Assembly: GCF_031769215.1 (NCBI RefSeq)
Contig: NW_026782650.1
Span: 186,001 to 250,000 of the forward strand
DNA: 64,000 bases
From: Ylistrum balloti
Taxonomy: Eukaryota
Reading direction: 5' to 3'
The position numbers and the translations under genes were made by a program. Positions 10,717 to 22,160 of the stretch are shown one piece after another. How positions within the stretch are numbered: position 1 is the stretch's first letter; each line of letters begins with the position of its first letter. The notes beneath the pieces were generated by a model. That model was given only the letters and a program-made list of their open reading frames with translations. It made no database searches and was not told the DNA's origin.

Positions 10717-13700
10717 ATGGGCATATGTTTTCCTTGTTTCGACGGAGGTTCTGATTCCTCATACGATGATAATCAAACGCGTGTAAGTTCGCATATTCCT
10801 AAATTTGTTTTTGGTTTTATGGTGTTATTTTTTAAATATTTCCGCGGACACTGTTAATACGGTCTCTGTTGTCCTCCATGTACTTTCTGTTTGACCAATT
10901 AACTGAGTGTTATGAGGTAGCGATTTGGCATACAATTTTAAGTTTAGCCCGACCATTTCTATGCATGTTTTTCTTTTTGTTTAAAATACGAAGAAGCTTT
11001 GACCACAGGTTCATGATGGATGTCGTGCCATGATCTGATGATCTGAGTTTCCCATTTTTGTACACAGTATTAATGTCAGGGAAATCTCTGTGAATAGAAA
11101 TAGCTCTCAGGTATTGCCATAGCAACATATATATAGAAAGACAGTAAGTACCCTTGCATAACTTATCTAGCGTCCCCAGCCCAGAACAAGGCTCTCCCCT
11201 TTATCTCCACCCAGATACAAAAGAAATGTATACCACTTTCCACATATAAATTTGTAACACAAACAGAAGACATTAGTTAGTCCAATGTCTTTGCTAGGTT
11301 TTGAACCTAGAACCTCTGACTCATCATTCTTACACTCTACTGATTGAACTGAATTTTTTTTTTTTTTTTTAACCTGACTAGTATGTTGTGGCAAGTGTTT
11401 TATCAGTATTATATATATATGTAAATGAAGATTCTGTACATGTACAATGTAGCATGGCTCTTCATGAAGTCACATTACACTGACAACCTGGTAACAGATC
11501 CTTACCATCACTAAACCTGGGTGTTAATCAGGGGGTTAGTTATGTATACACTTCATAAAGTCATGTTACACTGACAAGAGGTTAACCAGTCCTAACCATC
11601 ACTAAACCTGGGTATTAATCAGGGGGTTAGTTATGTATACACTTCATAAAGTCACATTACACTGACAAGAGGGTAACCAGTCCTTACCGTCAATAAAACT
11701 GAGTGTCAATCAGGGGGTTAGTTATGTATACACGTCATAAAGTCACATTACACTGACAACAGGGTAACTTGTCCTTACCATCACTAAATCTGGATGTCAA
11801 TCAGGGGGTTAGTTATGTATGTACATATAGCATGGCACTTCATGAAGTCACATTACACTGACAACCTGGTAAACAGTCCTTACCATCACTAAAACTGAGT
11901 GTCAGTTAGGGAGTCAGTACATGTATATAGCAACATGCACAGAAATTATAAACTTTATTGAAATTTATTTTTTTGTTTTAGGAGACAGAAGCTTTAAAAT
12001 ATAAGTATCAATTGTTTTAATTAATTGCCAAATGACTACAATCTAACTTTATAAAAACTTGGCCCTAGTTGCTCAAAGTTGGAAAGAGTTAATCAGTGAG
12101 TAGTGAAAAGTTTAATTTGTTGTCATGGAAGAAAACAAGGACTCGAAGGAAAACTTGCAATCCAAACCTATCACTCTGACCTCTCTCATGAAAGCTTCCT
12201 CTGTAACATGATAATAACTGTTCAAAATTCAGGTTAATTAACATTTGAAAACTTTCAATGACCACTGTTAATCCTAGCAAAGTTTTGAGCAACTAGAGCC
12301 TGATGGGACGTCAATTTTAAACTTAATTTAAGATATTGATTCTTCATAAGTGAGATTCATTGTGTAACGGGCACCTGCTGTCTTTAGGTTTGAATATCAA
12401 GAATTTTCAAGGTCTTCAGAATTCAGGTTAATTAACATTTGAAAATTTTCAATGACCACTGTTAATCCTAGCCAAGTTTTGAGCAACTAGGGCCTGATGG
12501 GACGTCAATTTTAAACTTAATTTAAGATATTGATTCTTCATAAGTGAGATTCATTGTGTAACAGTCACCTGCTGTCTTTAGTGGTGCTGTTGTTCTGCTG
12601 TTTCATACTCTTTTCTTATTGGTCAGTAAATGGTCAGTTTACTTAAGGATTGTTTCTCATTTAATGATTGCAAATTAACAGTTACAAACTTAGATAATGT
12701 TATATTTTGATAGATGTAATTTATAATTTTATTATTTTAATTTGTGCTGATATGATTGATATGAAGGAAGCAAGACGTGAGAATATGGCAGCAGCAGCCA
12801 TGAAGAGACAAGAGAATGCAGCCAACCGAGGAATCAAGGACCCAGCCTCAGTCAAACGCAAACAAGAAGCCCAAAAAAAGCTTGAAGAAGAGGAAAATAA
12901 ACGAGCCAGAATGGGAGGGGGAGGAGGAGGAGACCTTAAAGTTTGTTTTCTAAAGTTTTTTAAGATCATTTCATTTTATTGAGGAGTTTATGGTGAAATG
13001 ATTGTGTTTGTAAATTATGTGTTTAGATTCAAATTAGAAAAGAAGGCAAATATTAGTTTACATTGCCATATAGTGTGTATATATATCTATAAACATGACA
13101 ATGTTATAATGTTGTTAAAGAGCATAAGATAAGGAATAAATTTTGTCCTCTGATTATCCTGTTGGTGAATCTATTAAGAAAGATGAAATAGACTTTCTGA
13201 TCCATTCCTTAAAACTTAAGCGAAAAGGCCTTTTAGAATCTCTCAAGACACCAGCTGGAGCATTCTCACAGGAAAGACAGGCTCAAAGCATTCTCACAAG
13301 AACGATATGCACAGAATAATCTCACAAAACATTGGCTGGGAGCAGTATCACAAGAAAGATCTGCAGAGCATTCTTACAAGAAAGATGAGTACAGAGCATT
13401 CTCACAACAAAAATTGCTCAGAGCATTCTCAAAAGAAACGTTTGGTCCATGCCTTCTCACAATGGCTCAGAGCATTCTCAAAAGAAAACATTGGCTCAGA
13501 CCATTCTCACAAGAAACATCACCTCAGACCATTCTCACAAGAAACATCACCTCAGACCATTCTCACAAGAAACATCACCTCAGACCATTCTCACAAGAAA
13601 CATCACCTCAGACCATTCTCACAAGAAACATCACCTCAGACCATTCTCACAAGAAACATCACCTCAGACCATTCTCACAAGAAACATCACCTCAGACCAT

Positions 13701-13941
13701 TCTCACAAGAAACATCACCTCAGACCATTCTCACAAGAAACATCACCTCAGACCATTCTCACAAGAAACATCACCTCAGACCATTCTCACAAGAAAGGTT
13801 TGCTTAGATTTGTTGTATCTCAGAACAGGTAGCACTGTAATAAAATGTGTCTCTTGATCCATCTTGTCTCATGTTTTTAAGCTGGTCCATACATATAAGA
13901 GTGCATGTTTTTTTTTATCTTTTCAGTGGAATGTTGACTGA
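10717..13941 (+). CDS. SVIP: Small VCP/p97-interacting protein, 84 aa, 3 exons
   Basis: Exons 10717-10782, 12767-12940, 13927-13941. MGICFPCFDGGSDSSYDDNQTR/EARRENMAAAAMKRQENAANRGIKDPASVKRKQEAQKKLEEEENKRARMGGGGGGDLK/WNVD*. The MGxCFPC acylation motif, R-x5-AAxxR VIM-like motif and C-terminal L-K-W-x-V match SVIP. Confidence 0.93.
11445..11935. repeat. 91-bp tandem repeat, ~5 copies, in SVIP intron 1
   Basis: The tcat(a/g)aagtca motif recurs with registers 11461, 11552, 11643, 11734 and 11839. Confidence 0.9.
12226..12581. repeat. Tandem duplication of ~160 bp (194-bp offset)
   Basis: attcaggttaattaacatttgaaa...cacctgctgtctttag at 12227 and again at 12421, near identical. Confidence 0.9.
13255..13796. 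repeat. 28-bp minisatellite (cagaccattctcacaagaaacatcacct) in SVIP intron 2
   Basis: 10 perfect units from 13497 to 13776 plus a partial unit to 13796. Degenerate gagcattctcacaagaaa units extend back to ~13255. Confidence 0.95.
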
Positions 13942-15614
13942 AGGAGCAGAATGAACAACTTGTATCTATGATTACTGAATTTCCTGGCCTAACATGCATT
14001 TATAGAAATACTATTTATTTATTGTGGACTGCTATTTGAATGACATATATTTTCTGATTTATTGTCTTAACCTGGAATTGATCTGTGTCACCAGTTTTAT
14101 TGAGGTGATCATGTATCATGTGTAGTCGATATATTCTAATTATTTCCCAGATTTCTACATAAAAGTGCCTATGTGACCAATATCTGTTGTTCTGTGTACA
14201 AGTATATCATCTCCAGTGTGAATGATGTAACTGCCTGTTATTAAGTGTATACATGCCTTGCACTTTCCTAAAGCCAAACATTTTAGGAAGGACATGAAAA
14301 AAGCATGGGGTCTGCAATATGTGAAAAAATTATGAGATGAAGTTGTCTTGAAAACCAAGACTTTTGTATTTTTTCTAAAACTTGCAATGAGATTTGGATT
14401 TTTGCTCACTAATATAAGGAAATATAAACAGTGTAAATGAAAAAATTTGCCTGAAATCCTCTGTATATGATGTATGTGGTTGGTAGTATGATATAATCTG
14501 TCTGATATTAAGGAGTGTCTCTGTATATTATGATTGTTGTCTTTCATCTTTATGTATAATTTTTTTTTAAGTTGATGCCATACAGGATGTAAACAAATAG
14601 AGGTTTTAGGATTAAGTGATTATTTACATCATAATTGAATAATTATTTAGCTAGTGTTATGATACCATCTAACTGATCAACCTGCTGCAGACTGAAGATT
14701 TTGTAAGAAAATGCTGTTGACATGTTATCAGGCACTTGTACATGTAAATGTATTGACATCACATGAGTGGTAACATACTGATTATTCCATTGGTTGTATG
14801 TTTATTCATTATAAAAAAAACATATGATGCTTTAATCATTGCTTAATTTCTTTGATCATTGTTTTATTTTCTATGAAGAAACAAAAATAACAAACGTTTA
14901 GAAAGAACCTTAGAATTTTTTTAAACACTTTTTTATACTCGTAGATAGATACATTGGTTCAAAATTTATTTATTTTTTTTTTCTTTTTAAAGTGAATTCA
15001 TTAAACCACTTAGATTTATGAGCTACTTTATCAACGGATATGTTTTAGAAAATGTACATACATTTGATAAGTGTTTGTATTAAAACTGTAGATATTAATT
15101 TAAATTCCTTGCACCTCACCACAAAACTGTTTATGTCAAATCTGTATCAGTGTGAAGGGTGTGTGTGTTAACAAACAAGGAATCTCTGGGATGTACAGGA
15201 TATTGGCTATATCTGTTATGTCTTTGTGTCCAAGTGATACATGTTGAATTGTAACAGAAATAAGAGTTTATACATCTATATTATAAAGTTGTCATGTGTT
15301 GCTTTGTTCACTTAATTAACTACAAATGTAGGCACTTCTGTGAACCAGTATCTTATTTTACTAGCAAACTAAAGTACTGTTATAGTAGTGTAAATGGATA
15401 CAGTTTTGAAGCAATTAAAACAATCCAAACCGGTTCTGAAATTTGTTAATTTTTTTATATATATATTCTCTTGAGGATCATCTAAATATCATTTAAGACA
15501 AGTTTAAGATAAATTTCAACAGTGGAACTTGAGAAGAAAATAACGATGATTGCACAATCATGTTACAAAAATGTTTTATTGAAACGTTGTCCAGAGGAAA
15601 TATTTAAAATGTGT

Positions 15615-15870
15615 TTTAGCTCACATAGATGGAAGGACCATGTAGGCTTATGCCATAGTGTAGCATCCATCGTCTGTCTGGCATCATTTTCCCCCATTTT
15701 AATAGGCTCTTCTCAAAGCAAAAAGCCAAAAATCAAAATATATGACTCAAAGGTTTCCATGGATTAAGCCCAACAAAGTTTGCGAAAATAAATCACCTTG
15801 ACCTACATTCCTGGTCACAATGATAAAATGTGTTGAAATCTTTAAATAACTGTTTCTGATTAACCGAAAG
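15615..15870 (+). mobile_element. Decayed Helentron/HINE-type element fragment
   Basis: Starts tttagctcacatagatggaaggaccatgtaggcttatgccatagtgtagcatccatcgtctgtc, resembling the ttttagctcacc...ccgtcgtc 5' end of bivalve HINEs. Contains a caccttgacctac motif. Confidence 0.45.
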
Positions 15871-16214
15871 ACCTACTGCAAGATCATCATAATTTTTGTG
15901 AGGAAATAATTTTCGTTGACTCGTGAGTACTCCCCATTTACAAATTGGTATGTCCACGAACTGTTAAAACTAGTATAAGAAGCTTATTGAGCTCTTTTTA
16001 TCCACGAAACTTAGAAGACTCCACAAAATAGTGATTAAAAAGTAACTTTGAACCCGACGAAAATATATGAAAACATATAAAATAGGTGGCGGGGTACATG
16101 TGCATTTGCATGAAAGTACCAGATGACGTGTATATAACAAACGTACAGGACAGATATATATATAGATATATATACTTTTTTAAAACAACGGAACCAACAC
16201 GGACAGCTTGTCAC

Positions 16215-16600
16215 CGGCAACTTGTATAATAAGCATGATGATTTCAACTTTCCAATTGTGAAATTTCCATTTCTGGATTCCAATATTCCTTCATCTCTAG
16301 CCACGCATTTGATTTGATATTCAAGTGTCTGTCCTCATTGTCACGATTTTCGTGCAAGAAGTCGTCAACTGAAGACAAACTCGTAACACGGCTATCAAAA
16401 GAAGCAGTTATCTCACTGAGAAATATGCTATTTCTTTATTCGATATGAAGCTGTTCGTGTTTGATGCTCGTTAGTTTGCCTATTGACTCCGTTTTGTATA
16501 CCTTGTTCTCATTTGAGAACGTAACATTAATTAATTGGGTTGACCAATATTTGTCTTATTCTTATGTACTTTTTCAAGAGTCTCTGTATCAGTCTTTTTT
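16215..16600 (+). pseudogene. Penelope-like element 3' end (RT thumb plus tail), probably Naiad-type
   Basis: Translates NLYNKHDDFNFPIVKFPFLDSNIPSSLATHLI*YSSVCPHCHDFRARSRQLKT-...GYQKKQL, matching the LYDKRDDFNFPIVNFPFL.SNIP...QLIRY motif. The tail aligns with 30180-30480 (minus). Confidence 0.75.
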
Positions 16601-16642
16601 TGTCCGCAACTAAAGTGACACCACACCTTTACATATCCAATC

Positions 16643-16652
16643 GGGAAATCCC
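16643..16652. promoter_or_regulatory. Consensus NF-kappaB site GGGAAATCCC
   Basis: Exact GGGRNWYYCC match 186 bp upstream of the NDUFAF3 ATG. Function not shown. Confidence 0.25.
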
Positions 16653-16837
16653 ATTCTGGTTGCCTAGATGAAAAGGTGAGTGGCATTTTACATAATATCA
16701 AATTCTCGGTAGCGGCAATAATTTTTACCATTCGGATATTATTAGCGTTGCTTGGGTCTAATTTTATAATTTCTAAGGGAGATCACTCTCCACTTTTGTT
16801 ATGAAACCGGCAGGTTGAGGTTGAGGAGAACATCAAC

Positions 16838-19800
16838 ATGACTCTAACAAGTCGTGCTCTATGGCACTTCAGTCGGAGACTGATGCCTTGTAGCAGGTAT
16901 GTTTTTCTATTAGTCTTAATATAATTAACATCATGATTTATTTCAAAATCATTCACTTCATTTAATCGGAGCACAGGTACTGGTGACTCAATTTCAATAG
17001 CACTTATAAATAACGAACCACGCAATAGCTTTATGTGTGATCGGAGACGCTCAGTCCGCCTAGTACTGTAATTTTGCACTGTACATAAGGCTGCGCTTTC
17101 TCAGAAAGGTGATGTAACATTACAAACAGGTACCCATGTGTTGACAGAATGATGGGGATCAATGCAAATTTTACTCTGCGGTAACCGAGTCAGAGGTCAT
17201 TATTTCAATGCCTCTGCTAGGATTCGAACCCGGGACCTGGATTTCTAGTCTGACGCTTAACCGAGCGAGCTAATGAGAATTTCTCTCTGACCTAGTGGTA
17301 TATTGCTGCTAGTATTTTACCAGGGTTATATACTCCCCCTCCATGAAAGACGAGTTTTCAGGGGGTACAGCAATGCTTGTGAAAGTATTGCTAAGTATTA
17401 TTCCCGAATCCCTACATGGTTGCCAATGTAACAGAGGTTATTATTTATTTCAATGCCTCTAGATCTGCTAGGATTCAAACCTGGGTACCCTGGCTTACTA
17501 GCGTGACACTCAACCGATCAAGCTAAAGAGAAGTTCTTGCTAGTCAAGTGGTGTACATGTCTTGCAGCTAGTATTTTACCAGGGTTATACAGATATACAT
17601 GTATATGTATAGGAATGGTTTGGAGCAAGTGACCAAGTAGCGCAGTTCAGAAAGTTGTATTGTCTGGTGTTGGGACATTGCATCTCAGTTTCATTTCAAG
17701 TGTCTGCCGAAAGAAGCATGTTTCTTGATTTTTTAAAATCTTTCATGTTGGAAAAATGAAGGGAAAGAAAAGGATGCTTATATATAATATCTCAAAGATG
17801 AAAATGCTAAAAACCGAAAACAAAAAATATCAGGATGAATCTTTATTTTACTATGTTTTCAAGTTCAACAATCAAAATAAGACATGAAGATCTGTTACAA
17901 AAATGGCCATTATTTTTATACAAAACTATTTCTCATTTGTAGTGCCACAGTGAGAGGTATGTGTGACCGTTCAGATTTTGCCTCAACAAAAATGAAGTCT
18001 ATGTTTGCTATGGCTGAGGAAAAGATCATCATTTCCAGTTTCAGCAACCTTGGATTTAAGATCAGCCCAGGTATCCAAGTGGTTGGACCTATCACAGTTT
18101 TTCCTAACACTGTGCTCCACTGGAATGTAAGATCATTCTTAAATCTTAACAAATCAAGATGCTCTAGGTTATAGGCATGTCACTTTTCAGATGTTTTATC
18201 ATTACACCAGTACCAGGGGCCCCTTGTAAAAGAGTATTTTTTCATGTGATTATTTCATTATGTTATGTAATATGATTACAGTATTTTACTGTAATCAAAG
18301 TCTCATGAAAACCTTCAGCTGATTCTTGGGTAGTATTGCAGAGTTATGCCTCTTTTACATGTATGACGTTGGAAGGGATATTATATTAAATTGTGAACAT
18401 TTTGACTTTCCTCATGAATAATATGTCCTAAGTGCATTAGTTTCAGACCCCTTATTAATTGTATCTTGGTCATAATGCTACATCAATGATTTGCAACTGA
18501 ATTTATACATAAAAGTATTGAAATATGTTCATACTATAAAACATTTTCATTTAAGTGATCAAGGAATCTTGAGTATTTTTCTGAAAGATATCCACAAATA
18601 CCATCTCAGATTTGCTAATCTGAAATGGCCGACCTGTGTATTGGAAACATGTCAACACTTTTGTTTCTGGTGACATCACTGAATCAAAGAGACACTTAAA
18701 AGCTTGAGTAAGCCAGATAGTGGCCAAGAAGTGCTTAGATTTTATATAAAATCTTCATTTAGAATGGGAATGATATTTCAATGGGGAAAAATCAAAATTA
18801 AAAGTATGTCAAGAAAATGGTGAATTTTTGTGTCTATGTTTGCCCCTTTTCTAAAGGACAAGATTGAAGGGTTTATTTTTTTTCTCTCTCTCTCTAATGA
18901 GCCACATTTCTGACTGAACTTTTTTTTTCATACCTTAGGTTTTATTGTTTTATCTTTTTTTCTCTCTAATGAGCCACATTTCTGACTGAACTTTTTTTTT
19001 CATACCGTAAACTTTTCAAAAAATGTAATATTTCACATGCTGGTCTACAACTCACTTGGTAATTAAAATCAGAATGCAGTCATCATTTTAGAATCATGAT
19101 TTTTTTTCAATATAAGATGTGCATGTTTGGACTTTCGTAGTAAAGATAAATGCAAGGAGGCGTGGCCTATTATTCATAGTTGATTTTTTCACTTGTTATA
19201 GACAACAAAATACTGGCATCAGATTGAATAGATTGGCTATCTAATGATATCTGGGAGGATGTTTGACATGTAAAAATGTGTATTAATTAAAAGTACCCAA
19301 ATTTGCCAATGAAACAAATACTCCTGAAGTATTATGATGATTGGATTTAATTACAGTTTTTATCTCTTTTTGGGAAGTGTCACATGATACATTAACCATA
19401 ATTTCCGGAGTTCTAGGTTAGGAGATCAATAGTTAATGTTATATACTTCAACAATATGACCAATCAAAATCTGTAACAGACTGTAACAAATGTCTAGACG
19501 ATATGTATATATATATCTTTGCAAGTGCATCATATCGACTATCTGTTATTTATAAAGTTTTATACAATTTTTGTAAATTTTCAATCTTTATACCTGTAAA
19601 CAGGTAAAAATGTATTGTACATAAACCATAGATGTGTATAACATGTATACATTTTTGCATAAACTCTTTCCACAGGTGAAGTCAGCCAAACACATAGATA
19701 AACACAGTCTTTCACTATTTTATATGCTGGAACCTAAACTGGGTAAGATTTTCAGGAACAATTCATTATCATAGAAAGTAGGTACCAGGTAATTAAGATT

Positions 19801-20834
19801 TCACATAATACATGGTCAATGATATAAGTGATATATACCATGTAGTTTGTTCAGGCTCCATAGACATCTTGGTACAAACATATAACACTAGCATGGTAAG
19901 CAGTTTTCCAACACGCCTATGCAAAGATTACCATAGGGAAGGATACAGCAGCGTTGACAAATACTCACCTCCCTTCTGTTCAAGTTTCAGAAGAATTTTC
20001 TGGTACCTGTACACATTGTCTTCTACTAATTTTGATAGTTCTTGGACATATAAATTCATTAAGAAGACCTGTAAAATCATCGAAAATAAAAGCCTCACGA
20101 AAATGAGAGATTTTACAGTATGGTGAAGTTGAAATATCGGCATTGATATAAATAGATTTGGAATTCATTTCATTTCATTTATACCTTTTTGACTGATGCA
20201 TACCTTCTCACCTTTTATAATTTCAGACATGTTAGTAATTGGAAAGGGTATGGCAACGGACAAGGTAAACCCTGATATCCAGATTTATATGAAAAAAAAG
20301 GGCATCAATGTAGAAATTTTACCAACAGTAAGTACTGGTCAGGGAAAGAATGATCTGTCTCATGGTTCTCTCTCTTACTTTCCACTAATTTCAAAAATTT
20401 TAATTCCTCATCAGATATTCAAAAATCGAAAGAAATCAAGGTGCTATTCTCTTGTGTGTCTTTTGTACAATCATTTAATAGTATTGCAGCATGTCCGTAT
20501 CAATTTACTGGTAATATTTAAGAAAAAAGAACAAAGATGAAATTTCAATTTATATAAACATGTGACAAAAATGAAGACCTCAAAATGATGGATGCTATGA
20601 TCTCTCTGGGTATTCTTCTTAATTTGTGTCAGTGTTTGTTAAAATAAATGATATTAATACAGTATTTCATCAGTCTATCACATGTTATGTGATATTTACA
20701 CCTTAATTTATTGTTTGTTTCAGGAGGAGGCCTGTGGTCTCTTTAACATGTTAAGTGCAGAAGATAGACATGTCGCAGCAGCACTCATCCCTCCTGAAAA
20801 GATTCCTTTTGATAGTGACAAGGTTTCTTTGTGA
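16838..20834 (+). CDS. NDUFAF3: NADH dehydrogenase (complex I) assembly factor 3, Mth938/AAMDC-like domain, 173 aa, 5 exons
   Basis: Exons 16838-16896, 17943-18126, 19676-19742, 20227-20327, 20724-20834 (522 nt, in phase). Arg-rich, acid-free N-terminus (MTLTSRALWHFSRRLMPCSS, mitochondrial targeting-like). Motifs ISSFSNLGF...VVGPITVFPNTVLHWNV, LFYMLEPKLDMLVIGKG and GINVEILPTEEACGLFNML...VAAALIPP match NDUFAF3. Confidence 0.93.
17090..17590 (-). mobile_element. Two tandem tRNA-derived SINE-like elements (copies B and C) in NDUFAF3 intron 1
   Basis: B: TAGCTCGCTCGGTTAAGCG..CTAGAAA..GGTTCGAATCC (~17272-17220). C: TAGCTTGATCGGTTGAG..CTAGTAA..GGTTTGAATCC (~17525-17471). Both share the 5' flank taaccctggtaaaatactagc. 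Stems are degenerate, so these are not intact tRNA genes. Confidence 0.65.
18876..19007. repeat. 72-bp-offset tandem duplication
   Basis: taatgagccacatttctgactgaacttttttt(t)tcatacc at 18895 and 18967. Confidence 0.85.
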
Positions 20835-21859
20835 TAGATCAGGAAAAAGTAAATCTGGTCAACAGCGTTGAAATTTGTGCATGGTGTATGTGTGTGACGA
20901 TTATGTAGTTTCAGTATATTAAAGTGACATTGTGGTAGCAGACCAGTGTGAACTCGTTAGAAGAAACTGATGTGGAGAATGACTGGAACAAGATCTAACA
21001 ATGAATATGATTGCAAGTGTGATGTGAAACATTTTTATGTTAGTTTTCATTTCATTTTTACCAGTGAAGTTTAGAAATTTATCAATTTATGAAAGCTTTT
21101 CATGTCATGATAAAACTTTCATACTATTGACCAACCATATTGGTGCTTTCTAGTCTCTTCATTGAAATTTTCAGATTTTCCTGTTTTTATGCAAATGAAG
21201 TGAAGTGTAAGTCAAAGAAATTTCCATCAAATAATTCCTGTGTACATTTCTTGTTTTCTCCAATTTAGTATATAATAATGGTTTTGAATATGATTTGCAC
21301 TAGATAACAGCATAAAATGGTTGAATAAATGGAAAGCAGCCTATTGAAAATGGTCATGTTGTCCATCATAATTTCACTGACATAAAAAAACATCCTATTA
21401 TTTCCCGGACTCTTAGAACACTGCTTAATTTTATGTTTAGATTGGATTTATTACTCTTTTTCCTTTTTTTACCCAATTGTTTTAAAAAGAAAATTTTATA
21501 GTTTCCCATTAAATATCATATATATTTCTCTGGTGTGACAAAAAATGTCTATATTTTCCATGCATGCTTTGCACTCCTGAAAAATATGTATATTCTGTCA
21601 TTAATTCAATAGGAAACCATTAAATACCCTGTATGTTTTATGTATTTACGTGTAAAAGCCAGTATTCTGAATGATGAACATGAAATGATGTGTTTTTCTT
21701 TTCCTAATTTCTTGCAATTAGATGTTTTTGTTTTTGTAAACATTTCAATGGTGCATTCAAGTTTGTCAAAGCTTACAGCTCTCTTGGGCCCCATAATAAT
21801 GGAGAAGGAAGGAGAGGGGGGAAGAGAAGGAAAGAGGGGTAGAGCAATAGTTTCCTCTC

Positions 21860-22160
21860 AGTCCATCCGTCCTGCATCTGTGAAAGATTGTCAATACTGT
21901 TGCAGTTTCATTCCTTGAGGGGTTCTGATCAAATTCATTGAGCATCAAAACATCTTGGACAAGTTCAAGTATCAGGACTTTTGGTTCAAGGTCACTATTA
22001 CATGTACTATTTTTAGAAAATCCTTGTCAGCACTCTAGCTTCTCTGTTCCCTGAGGGATTCTTATGACACCCACACACTTATAAAGCACCAAATGATCTC
22101 AGACGAGCTGGAGTTTCAGGGTTGATAGGGCAAGGTCACTGTTACCTTTTTTAAGAAAAT
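21860..22160. mobile_element. Helentron/HINE-type internal repeat fragment
   Basis: Two caaggtcact..tta motifs (~21987 and ~22131) with tttttagaaaatccttgtcagcactctagc, preceded by ccatccgtcc. Confidence 0.4.

Noticed and set aside
13307-13857. Three overlapping long ORFs (166, 147 and 127 aa)
   Set aside because: They are the stop-free 28-bp minisatellite read in three frames inside SVIP intron 2.
14155-14547. 130-aa minus-strand ORF
   Set aside because: Antisense to the SVIP 3' UTR, with no recognisable domain or splice support.
17205-17290. Functional tRNA gene
   Set aside because: Acceptor, anticodon and T stems contain multiple mismatches. Treated as a SINE-like head.
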